Assembly (NCBI GenBank): GCA_009691385.1
Contig: SICQ01000003.1
Location: forward strand, 1-37,070
From: Candidatus Ryanbacteria bacterium
Lineage (GTDB): Bacteria; Patescibacteriota; Minisyncoccia; Ryanbacterales; GWA2-47-10b
Length of the DNA stretch: 37,070 bases
Direction of reading: 5' to 3'
This document shows, piece by piece, positions 25,527-33,060 of the stretch (positions within the stretch are counted from its first letter, which is position 1; each line of letters opens with the position of its first letter). The position numbers were made by a program, and so were the translations under genes. The notes under the pieces were generated by a model. That model saw only the letters and a program-made list of their open reading frames with translations, was not told the origin of the DNA and made no database searches.

Positions 25527-25564
25527 CGTGCCTCCAGCGTAGCAATCTTATGCTGAAAAGCAAA

Positions 25565-25627
25565 AACGACCGTTCCCATGATTGGGTTCGGTCGTTCTCG
25601 GTTGGGAGCCCCGTATGACGGGGCTCC
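25565..25627 (-). terminator. Tandem hairpins, both containing TCAT at the apex
   Basis: Minus strand: ggagccccgT-CAT-acggggctcc (25605-25627), then aacgaccg-aa-ccca-ATCA-tggg-aa-cggtcgtt (25565-25596) running into Ts. Confidence 0.75.
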
Positions 25628-25631
25628 ATGT

Positions 25632-26138
25632 TTATTCATCTTCTGACTCGACATCCTCCTCGCGGATACCGGCTGCCGGCTCGACGGTGCGTCCGCTGTT
25701 GCGGATCGCCTCATCGTAGGTGGCGCGATACTCGTCAGACTCGGTCGCATCTGCGACAGCAGACTTGCCGTCGTAGCGACCGTCTGCGCGCCCCTTGGCA
25801 CGATGACAGGCAATGTCATCATCAGCACAGCTGGTGTCCACCAACTTGGTACGGCCAAAGACAAGGCCGAGACTGAAATTGACGATCCCGAGTGGAACAT
25901 CGATCAGCCCTGGCTCGCGCTCGACCCGAATGTTTGGGTCTCTACGCTGGACCACGATCACGCGATCATGGTGACGGTAACCGCCGTTGTAGCGATTGCC
26001 ACCACCGTTCCAGCGACTGCTGTGCGAACGGCCTCCGCGCTCCCAGCACATGTTGCCGTAGGTGCAGCGGGCTTCCGCTGCAATCGGTGCGATGAGCGTC
26101 ACCATCAGAAGAATCAAGATTGAAAGAACAGTCTTCAT
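25632..26138 (-). CDS. Orphan secreted protein with a Gly/Arg/Asn-rich segment
   Basis: GGAGG SD before MKTVLSILILLMVTLIAPIAAEA (signal peptide ending AxA); consensus promoter upstream. Confidence 0.75.
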   Translation of the reverse strand: MKTVLSILILLMVTLIAPIAAEARCTYGNMCWERGGRSHSSRWNGGGNRYNGGYRHHDRVIVVQRRDPNIRVEREPGLIDVPLGIVNFSLGLVFGRTKLVDTSCADDDIACHRAKGRADGRYDGKSAVADATESDEYRATYDEAIRNSGRTVEPAAGIREEDVESEDE

Positions 26139-26199
26139 CGTAACCTCCATATCTCAGCCGAGACGCCATGCCTCGGCTAGCAGTTCAGTGTACATGGCT

Positions 26200-26228
26200 A
26201 TTATACTACCAAAAATACCTTTTGTCAA
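26200..26228 (-). promoter_or_regulatory. Perfect consensus promoter TTGACA-17-TATAAT
   Basis: -35 at 26223-26228 and -10 at 26200-26205 on the minus strand. Confidence 0.85.
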
Positions 26229-26269
26229 TACCTCCAAAAGCCCTTATTATATGCTAGGAATAAGACAAT

Positions 26270-27127
26270 ATGGGTGATTTAAAGTCAGCAATCGCATCAG
26301 CATCAGCGGTACTCATCGTACTCCCCGACTCGGTGCGTGATAAAGATTATTTGGCGGCTTTGCAGATACAGAAAATAGCGCCACAAAAAACAGAACTTAT
26401 CGCACCTGAGGCAAAAGAGCTCGAATGGAAAGATACCTTTGGTCTTGAACGCGGCAAGCGTGAATTTGTTATTGATATCAACACAGCACTCACGCCCGTA
26501 GATGAACTCCGTTACGAAAAGACTGATACTACCCTCTCGATCTACCTCTCACATAAAGGCGCCTTTAATGAAAAGGCACTTTCATGGGGTGAGCATCGCG
26601 CGCCTGCCGATCTTTTTATCACTCTTGGTTTTTCATCGGAAAGTGAGGCAAAAAAAGCAATCGAAAACCTTCCTCGCAAGGGAGCTGCGCGACATATCTG
26701 GGTAGAAGGAGATACCAATGGCCACAGTGCGCCCGCTACCACGAAACTCTCGACGATATCGGCGGGTCTTTTGGGAAGATTGGTTGTCCGTTCACGCATT
26801 GATACTGATACCAATACTCTTTGGTCATTCATCACCCGTGATGATTTTGCAAAGACAAATGCGGGTCCGCACGAACTCCCCAGTCTTATGGCTACCTATG
26901 CGTCACTCGCGTCACTACCCGAACACGCCTTAGTCTTTTGGCAACATGATGACGCGGGTACCCAAGGATTTTTTAGATCAGAGAACGCACAACTAGTGAA
27001 TGATATCGCGCGACACCTCGGGAAAATGCCAGAAAACCCACACTATGTGACACTCGCTTCGTTTGCCAACTTTATCGAGGCGGAGATGGAGACACGCAAA
27101 TTGCTCCGTGAACTCAAAGTGCGCTAG
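26270..27127 (+). CDS. Hypothetical protein, possibly a degenerate DHH/NrnA-like phosphoesterase
   Basis: The N-terminus (AIASASAVLIVLPDS..DKD) and DLFITLG resemble the DHH fold, but no DHH motif is present. Confidence 0.55.
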   Translation: MGDLKSAIASASAVLIVLPDSVRDKDYLAALQIQKIAPQKTELIAPEAKELEWKDTFGLERGKREFVIDINTALTPVDELRYEKTDTTLSIYLSHKGAFNEKALSWGEHRAPADLFITLGFSSESEAKKAIENLPRKGAARHIWVEGDTNGHSAPATTKLSTISAGLLGRLVVRSRIDTDTNTLWSFITRDDFAKTNAGPHELPSLMATYASLASLPEHALVFWQHDDAGTQGFFRSENAQLVNDIARHLGKMPENPHYVTLASFANFIEAEMETRKLLRELKVR

Positions 27128-27136
27128 AATAGAAGC

Positions 27137-28807
27137 GTGGCATTTGACGAAGAAGAACAAAAAGAAAAGCTCAGTCAACTCCAACAAAAAGAGGAGGAAG
27201 ATTTAGCTCAACTGCTTGCTAAAAGATATAAAACTCCTTATCTCAACTTGGGGCGTGCCTTTATTGATCTTGATGCGCTTAAACTTGTACCGAGAGATCG
27301 CGCCGAGGCGGCTGGTCTTGCGGTCGTACAATCAACTGGCAAAAAACTACAAATCGCTGTCAAAAATCCAACACTCGATAAAGCAAAAGAAATAGTGACC
27401 GAACTACGCCGCGATGGCTATCAGCCACAACTTTTTTTGGTATCCATGCGAAGCTTAAAACATGCGTGGGTTCGCTACGAGGAAGCTGGCGAAGAAACCC
27501 CGAGCATTACCAATGTCATTGATATTTCAAAAGATAAGATTGTTGAATTCCGCCGTGAGATAAAAACGACAAAAGATTTTGAACGGATGTTGAGTGAAAA
27601 AATCTCACAGGGTAAAACCAAACGAGTGACTGACTTGCTTGATTATGTATTAGGAGGCGCATTTGAACTTGTCGTCTCTGATATCCATGTCGAACCGGCA
27701 GAAGATGCCGTACATATGCGCGTTCGTCTCGACGGTTTACTCCAAGATATCGTGAGCTTCTCACACGATATGCACAAAATGCTATTGGTGCGCATCAAGC
27801 TTGTCTGCGAACTCAAACTCAATATTCATGATAAATCACAAGACGGCCGCTTTACTATTCGCGCAGGTGAATCTGATGTGGAAGTGCGCGTCTCAACCCT
27901 CCCCGGCCCCTATGGCGAATCGATTGTCATGCGTATTTTGCACCCACGCGCCATTGAGACATCGTTTGAAGATCTCGGTATCCACCCCGTACTTCTTGAA
28001 CTTATTGAAAGAGAAATCCAAAAACCAAATGGCATGATCATCACCACCGGCCCTACCGGATCTGGTAAAACCACCACACTCTATGCGTTTATCAAAAAAC
28101 TCAATGAGCCGGGGGTGAAGATTATCACCATCGAAGATCCTATTGAATATCACATCAAAGGCATTACCCAGACGCAAATCAATAAAGAAGCTGGCTACAC
28201 CTTTGAGACAGGGCTCTCGGCAATCGTGCGTCAAGACCCTGATATCATTCTAGTCGGTGAGATGCGCAACCGCGAAACCGCGGAGATTGGCATGCAGGCG
28301 GCACTCACTGGTCACCTCGTATTCTCCACACTCCACACCAACAACGCACCTGGCACCATCCCCCGCCTTATTGATCTTGGTGTACCACCAAATATCATCG
28401 CGCCTGCCATCAACCTTGCTATCGCCCAGCGCCTCGTGCGTATCTTGTGTCCGCACTGCAAAAAACAAATGCCGCCGACACCCGAACAAATGACAACAAT
28501 AAAAAAACTGATGGAAACTTTGCCCCAAAAATATACGCGCCCGACGCTCGACAATATATCACTCTGTACACCGGGCGGATGTGGTGAGTGTAACTTTCTC
28601 GGATACAAAGGACGCCTCGCGGTCTTTGAAGCATTTTTAATTGATGACGATATGGAGCGCCTTATCTTAAAAAATCCTTCGGAAGCAGCGGTACGCGAGG
28701 CCGCAATCGCACAAGGAATGGCAACACTCGAACAAGATGGCATCTTAAAGCTCTTGCAGGGCATCACCTCGTGGGACGAACTCAACCGCATCGTCGGTTT
28801 AATCTAA
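27137..28807 (+). CDS. pilB: GspE/PulE/PilB family type IV pilus assembly ATPase
   Basis: Motifs SDIHVEP, QDGR, TGPTGSGKTTT, TIEDPIEY, RQDPDIILVGEMR, TGHLVFSTLHTN and a CxxC...CxxC Zn motif. Confidence 0.93.
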   Translation: MAFDEEEQKEKLSQLQQKEEEDLAQLLAKRYKTPYLNLGRAFIDLDALKLVPRDRAEAAGLAVVQSTGKKLQIAVKNPTLDKAKEIVTELRRDGYQPQLFLVSMRSLKHAWVRYEEAGEETPSITNVIDISKDKIVEFRREIKTTKDFERMLSEKISQGKTKRVTDLLDYVLGGAFELVVSDIHVEPAEDAVHMRVRLDGLLQDIVSFSHDMHKMLLVRIKLVCELKLNIHDKSQDGRFTIRAGESDVEVRVSTLPGPYGESIVMRILHPRAIETSFEDLGIHPVLLELIEREIQKPNGMIITTGPTGSGKTTTLYAFIKKLNEPGVKIITIEDPIEYHIKGITQTQINKEAGYTFETGLSAIVRQDPDIILVGEMRNRETAEIGMQAALTGHLVFSTLHTNNAPGTIPRLIDLGVPPNIIAPAINLAIAQRLVRILCPHCKKQMPPTPEQMTTIKKLMETLPQKYTRPTLDNISLCTPGGCGECNFLGYKGRLAVFEAFLIDDDMERLILKNPSEAAVREAAIAQGMATLEQDGILKLLQGITSWDELNRIVGLI

Positions 28808-28838
28808 TAGCTGACTACGACAACTACTTCACTAACCG

Positions 28839-29120
28839 CTATTTGAGCAGTCTGAATACCAGCGAAACGGTTTCTCTCCGTAATATCCAAAACACCCAAG
28901 TCAGAGCTGTAGCGAACGCCAAGTTAATGGCTGCGCCGAGATAATCGAATTCTATATTGGAACCGTTATATTCTCCCTTAAATATATAAGAATTCATTGG
29001 CCATCCATAGTCTCCCCTGCAGCCAGCAATACAATCAACTGGTGCTATGGTCGCAAAAGATGGGTAGACAAAAATACCAAATAAAATTAAGAATGTGACA
29101 AATGTTAAAATATATTTCAT
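28839..29120 (-). CDS. Small AT-rich membrane protein
   Basis: 93 aa with two hydrophobic segments around a loop containing CIAGC and YGWP; TGnTATAAT upstream. Confidence 0.65.
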   Translation of the reverse strand: MKYILTFVTFLILFGIFVYPSFATIAPVDCIAGCRGDYGWPMNSYIFKGEYNGSNIEFDYLGAAINLAFATALTWVFWILRRETVSLVFRLLK

Positions 29121-29201
29121 TTGAACTTTATTATATCACTTCCTCTCGAAAGCGAATAGGAAGCTTTCTCGCAAGAATCTCCAGACAATGTGCCCATGCG
29201 C

Positions 29202-29242
29202 ATAAATGAAATGGACGTCCGACATCCATTCATTTCATTTAT
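29202..29242. repeat. REP-like palindrome, left
   Basis: aatggacgtc-c-gacatccatt (29210-29230) nested in ataaatgaaatg...catttcatttat. Confidence 0.85.
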
Positions 29243-29884
29243 CTATTCCAGCAAGGACCCTTCGAGCTCTTTGGATAAAGATTTGCGTGCAATAATATCG
29301 GCGAGGGATGCTCGCGCAAAATCCTTGTACTCCCTCGCGTCCTGAAACTGCTTGAGTATTATTGCGGTGTTACATAATTTTTTATTTGTGTTGCCAATAT
29401 ATTCTTCCCAACTACTCTTGATAGCTTGCTTAATCCCGTGCACCTCATTGTTAAGATTAATATATGCGCTCACATGAAGTAGATATTCGTTTGAGACAAT
29501 GTGAGTTGAACGAAATTTACCAGCAAACAAAACGCCGCTTCTGTTGTGTCGGTGGTTAAAATATTTTGTGTAGCCACCAACCAATCTTTTAACAAATTCG
29601 CTTACGCCGTTTTCTACCTGTTGCCGCACGAGCAAATGAAAATGGTTTGGGTTAAGACAATAACAAACGATATCTACCAATCGACCTTTACGAGATGTTA
29701 CACGACCAAGTCTTCTGTCGAGCATGTATTCGTAAATACTTCCAACGGGCTCAATCGTGTTGAAAATCTCAACGCTCTTGAGAAATCTGTTGAGATCTTT
29801 TCCATCCATGAATATCTTCCTTTTATCAACCCCGCGATTGCAAATATGATAGTGCTCCCCAGCAGCAAAGATTGTCTTTCCCAT
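29243..29884 (-). CDS. REP-associated tyrosine (Y1/HUH) transposase
   Basis: YHICNRGVDKRKIF, HUH motif YCLNPNHFHLL, YTKYFN...RSGVLF..KF and the catalytic Tyr in AYINLN. Confidence 0.92.
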   Translation of the reverse strand: MGKTIFAAGEHYHICNRGVDKRKIFMDGKDLNRFLKSVEIFNTIEPVGSIYEYMLDRRLGRVTSRKGRLVDIVCYCLNPNHFHLLVRQQVENGVSEFVKRLVGGYTKYFNHRHNRSGVLFAGKFRSTHIVSNEYLLHVSAYINLNNEVHGIKQAIKSSWEEYIGNTNKKLCNTAIILKQFQDAREYKDFARASLADIIARKSLSKELEGSLLE

Positions 29885-29901
29885 GTCTTACATTGTACCA
29901 A

Positions 29902-29922
29902 AATGGACGTCGGACGTCCATT
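29902..29922. repeat. REP-like palindrome, right (abuts the transposase -10 box)
   Basis: Perfect aatggacgtc-g-gacgtccatt; TGgTACAAT on the minus strand at 29892-29900. Confidence 0.88.
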
Positions 29923-30027
29923 ACATTACATAAAAAACAAAAATGCCCGCAGGATGTTCCGTGCGAGCCTTGAGTGAGAAAATGCGGACTCACCCCTTCG
30001 GGCTACCGTTAAAGAGTCACTTATTCA

Positions 30028-30265
30028 CTTTCTCGCAAGAATCTCCAGACAATGTGCCCAGGCATGGGTGCCACAGGCTGAAGGCCTCTTCGAGGAGCAA
30101 TCGCGCCGACCCCTCCTCGCAGAGCGCAATATGCTTTAGAATAAAGCTACATTATGCGCTGTGAGGAAGGGGACCAGATTGTCCGTGTACTAAAAGAAGG
30201 CCCAGATAAGGTAAACCTCAATTGTCTGGAGATTTTCAGGAGAAAGCCTCTTCTGAAGAACAATG
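30028..30265 (-). ncRNA. Rod-shaped structured RNA, candidate 6S RNA
   Basis: End-to-end pairing on the minus strand: ctttctc/gagaaag, 14-bp aatctccagacaat/attgtctggagatt, a central bubble, ggcc-tctt/aagaggcc, ccccttcctc/gaggagggg, gcgca/tgcgc and gcttta/taaagc. TATAAT at 30272-30277 on the minus strand. The 6S identity is inferred. Confidence 0.55.
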
Positions 30266-30293
30266 ACCACTATTATAGCTAAAATATAGCCAC

Positions 30294-31298
30294 ATGTCAA
30301 TACCAGCCCAAAAACTCGATGACCGCTCGCTCGACAGCACCTTACGCCCCGCACGCTGGGACGAATACATTGGCCAGCACCAGATAAAAGAGAATTTGGC
30401 TATTTTGATCGAAGCTGCTAAAAAACGAGGTGAGCCGCTCGAACATTTACTCTTTTATGGCCCTGCCGGCCTTGGTAAAACGACACTCGCCCACCTTATC
30501 AAAAACGAAATGGGCGCCCAGATGAAAATAACTTCGGGCCCTGCGATCGAACGGGTGGGAGATCTTGCCTCAATCCTCACCAATCTTTCTTCGGGTGATA
30601 TTTTGTTTATTGATGAAGTACACCGGCTCAACAAACTTATCGAAGAGATCCTCTACCCCGCCATGGAAGCTCGGTCACTCGATATCATCATTGGCAAAGG
30701 GCCTGCTGCGCGCACCATACAGCTCGAGCTCCCCTCTTTTACTCTTATTGCGGCTACTACCCGCGTAGCACTCCTTTCCTCGCCGCTACGCTCACGCTTT
30801 TCGGGTGGCACCTTCCGACTCGAGTTTTATTCGGAAGATGATCTCAAAGAAATCTTACGCCGTTCGGCAAAACTTCTTGGTATCGCCGCCGAACAAGACG
30901 CGCTCACTGAAATCGCCAAGCGAAGCAGGTTTACACCGCGTGTTGCCAACCACCTTCTCAAGCGTTGTCGTGATGTAGCAGAAGTCAGGGGTGACGGTGT
31001 CATCACTGATAGAATCGCGCGTATGGCGCTCGAACTTCTTGAAATTGACGAAGTAGGACTATCGTCAGAAGATAGACGCATACTCGATATATTGATAGAA
31101 AAATTTGCTGGTGGGCCCGTAGGGGTCGCGACACTCGCCGCCGCATCATCAGAAGAAGTGAGTACTATCGAGGAGATCCATGAACCGTATCTCATGCGTC
31201 TTGGTTTTATTGAACGAACACCACGAGGTAGGATGGCTACGCGTCGCGCCTATGAGCACCTAGGTGCTACGCCACCCGCAACCCTTTTCAATACATGA
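30294..31298 (+). CDS. ruvB: Holliday junction branch migration ATPase B
   Basis: Motifs LRP...[40 protein letters not shown] and EPYL...RTPRGR. Confidence 0.97.
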   Translation: MSIPAQKLDDRSLDSTLRPARWDEYIGQHQIKENLAILIEAAKKRGEPLEHLLFYGPAGLGKTTLAHLIKNEMGAQMKITSGPAIERVGDLASILTNLSSGDILFIDEVHRLNKLIEEILYPAMEARSLDIIIGKGPAARTIQLELPSFTLIAATTRVALLSSPLRSRFSGGTFRLEFYSEDDLKEILRRSAKLLGIAAEQDALTEIAKRSRFTPRVANHLLKRCRDVAEVRGDGVITDRIARMALELLEIDEVGLSSEDRRILDILIEKFAGGPVGVATLAAASSEEVSTIEEIHEPYLMRLGFIERTPRGRMATRRAYEHLGATPPATLFNT

Positions 31299-31513
31299 TA
31301 ACTATTTTCGCCACTATTGCGTTCGCACTTTTTGTGGGACTCTACACCCTCGGTATTTGGATGGCTACTTGGCAAGAAGAGGAGCTTTCTCTCTCACACG
31401 AAAAAGCGGTGCATATGAATATTATTATCATCGCCATTTCTTTTGTACTCCTTGTTATAGCACTCTGGGCGTTTATCCATATCAATTGGGATACTCTCAT
31501 CCTCACCCTCTAA
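31295..31513 (+). CDS. Small 2-TM membrane protein
   Basis: 72 aa; ATGA overlap with ruvB and TAATG overlap with the next gene. Confidence 0.7.
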   Translation: MITIFATIAFALFVGLYTLGIWMATWQEEELSLSHEKAVHMNIIIIAISFVLLVIALWAFIHINWDTLILTL

Positions 31514-32028
31514 TGGTCACTCTTCAACCGAACGAAAAAATATTGATGACAATTCACAAACACTGGTTTGTCTTTTTTGGTCGCATGCTCGCCTTGCTCT
31601 CGGTGGGTGTCGTGCCACTCTTTGGATTTTTGTTTGCGCCTGAGCTCGGATCTTTTATCAACCCAGACTCACTCTGGTACCTCCTTCTCTTTTTTGCCAT
31701 GATCTGGTGGCTCGTACTACTCTTTCTCTTTTTTATTGAATGGCTTGATTATTGGCTTGATGCATGGATAATTACCGATCAACGAATTATTGATATTGAA
31801 CAAAAAAGTCTCTTCCGACGCGAGGTATCCGAATTCGTCATCGCGCGCATTCAAGATATCAAGATTGAGACACCGGGATTTATTGGTACTGTACTCAAAT
31901 TTGGTAACATCCGCATACAAACCGCTGGCGAGGAAAGTTTTACGATTGAGACGGTGCCCCATCTCAACGAGATAAAAAATCTTATTATGTCATTCGCGCA
32001 CAAAGGCGCGATACGCGACCCCGACTAA
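31513..32028 (+). CDS. Membrane protein with a bacterial PH (bPH_2) domain
   Basis: LQPNEKILMTIHKHW, two TM helices, WIITDQRII, IQDI and FGNIRIQTAG; real start is the ATG at 31513. Confidence 0.85.
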   Translation: MVTLQPNEKILMTIHKHWFVFFGRMLALLSVGVVPLFGFLFAPELGSFINPDSLWYLLLFFAMIWWLVLLFLFFIEWLDYWLDAWIITDQRIIDIEQKSLFRREVSEFVIARIQDIKIETPGFIGTVLKFGNIRIQTAGEESFTIETVPHLNEIKNLIMSFAHKGAIRDPD

Positions 32029-32042
32029 TACAACCAAACCAT

Positions 32043-32591
32043 ATGTCAGGACATAATAAATGGGCCCAGATCAAGCGCCAGAAGGCTGTGACTGACGGCA
32101 AGCGTAGTAAGATGTTTGGTAAAATTGCACGCATCATCAGTATTGCCGCACGCGATAAGGGCCCCGACCCGAGCCTCAATATATCGCTCAAATCGGCGAT
32201 GCAAAAAGCGCGTGAGGTAAATATGCCGCAAGACAATATTGATCGTGCCATAAAAAAAGGTGTGGGGGGTGGCGAGGGGGTAACTCTTCAAGAATTTGTA
32301 TATGAAGCGTATGGGCCAGGTGGGGTAGCACTCCTTATGACGGGCATTACCGACAACAACAACCGAACTTCAAATGAAATAAAACATCTCTTATCGGAGC
32401 GTGGTGGCAAATGGGCAAACCCTGGAAGCGTACTTTGGGCATTTGAGAAAAAAGAAGCTGAATGGATCCCCCAAGAATATAGTCTTGTTGAAATCTCACC
32501 TACGGACACCGAGGCACTCTATAAACTTATGGACGCACTCGATGAGCATGATGATATCCAAGATATCTTTGTAAACAATAAAGAATCATGA
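32043..32591 (+). CDS. yebC: YebC/PmpR family protein (short form)
   Basis: Motifs MSGHNKWAQIKRQK, NMPQDNIDRAI, YEAYGPGG, TDNNNRT and LDEHDDIQDIF. Confidence 0.95.
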   Translation: MSGHNKWAQIKRQKAVTDGKRSKMFGKIARIISIAARDKGPDPSLNISLKSAMQKAREVNMPQDNIDRAIKKGVGGGEGVTLQEFVYEAYGPGGVALLMTGITDNNNRTSNEIKHLLSERGGKWANPGSVLWAFEKKEAEWIPQEYSLVEISPTDTEALYKLMDALDEHDDIQDIFVNNKES

Positions 32592-33049
32592 GAGTTCTTG
32601 GGGTTGACCCTGGTATTGAACGTGTCGGATGGGGTATCGTCGATACGATAGGGGCGGTATCGACCTACTACGACTGTGGGCGGATCACTACTCCACGCAC
32701 ACTCTCCCACCAGGGACGGCTTGAAATGATCGCGCAAGAACTTGGCACTATTATCAAAACAGCAAAGCCCGAGTGCGCGGTTGTTGAACGACTCTTTTTC
32801 GCAAAGAATAAAAAAACAGCGCTTGCGGTAGCGGAGGCACGGGGGGTTATCATGCTCACCTTATCGGCAGCTTCACTCCCGACGCAGGAATTTACCCCTA
32901 TGGAGGTTAAAATGGCGGTAACGGGCAATGGTAGAGCAGAGAAAAAACAGGTAGCGTGGATGGTACACAATATTTTGAAGGTACCATCTGAGGTCACCTC
33001 GGATGACGCGTTAGACGCGCTTGCTCTTTGCCTTATGATAGCAAAATAA
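32588..33049 (+). CDS. ruvC: Holliday junction resolvase
   Basis: Motifs VLGVDPG, VERLFF, ARGV, VKMAVTGNGRAEK and DDALDALA. Confidence 0.96.
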   Translation: MRVLGVDPGIERVGWGIVDTIGAVSTYYDCGRITTPRTLSHQGRLEMIAQELGTIIKTAKPECAVVERLFFAKNKKTALAVAEARGVIMLTLSAASLPTQEFTPMEVKMAVTGNGRAEKKQVAWMVHNILKVPSEVTSDDALDALALCLMIAK

Positions 33050-33051
33050 GG

Positions 33052-33060
33052 TTATCCACA
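33052..33060 (+). promoter_or_regulatory. Perfect DnaA box
   Basis: TTATCCACA in intergenic DNA, 10 nt before a TTGCCC-17-TATGTT promoter candidate (33071-33099). Confidence 0.6.

Larger units (their letters stand above)
29164..30060. mobile_element. RAYT/IS200-like unit bounded by a 33-bp direct repeat
   Basis: ctttctcgcaagaatctccagacaatgtgccca at 29164-29196 and 30028-30060 (33/33), enclosing the HUH transposase and two palindromes. Confidence 0.85.

Noticed and set aside
25316-25900. 194-aa minus-strand ORF
   Set aside because: Out-of-frame overlap with tsaE and the secreted orphan, and it crosses a terminator.
29243-30265. IS605-type TnpB/IscB RNA-guided system with the structured RNA as its guide scaffold
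   Set aside because: No TnpB or IscB ORF is present. The RNA lies mostly outside the repeat-bounded unit and has its own promoter, so it reads as the target and not as cargo.
30028-30265. RNase P RNA or tmRNA
   Set aside because: It lacks the GAGGAAAGTCC/P4 signature (only a partial gaggaagg) and has no tRNA-like GGGG...CCA ends; a single rod fits neither.
31264-31512. 83-aa N-terminal extension of the PH-domain ORF
   Set aside because: It overlaps ruvB and a better 72-aa TM ORF; the TAATG coupling and family-typical start are at 31513.
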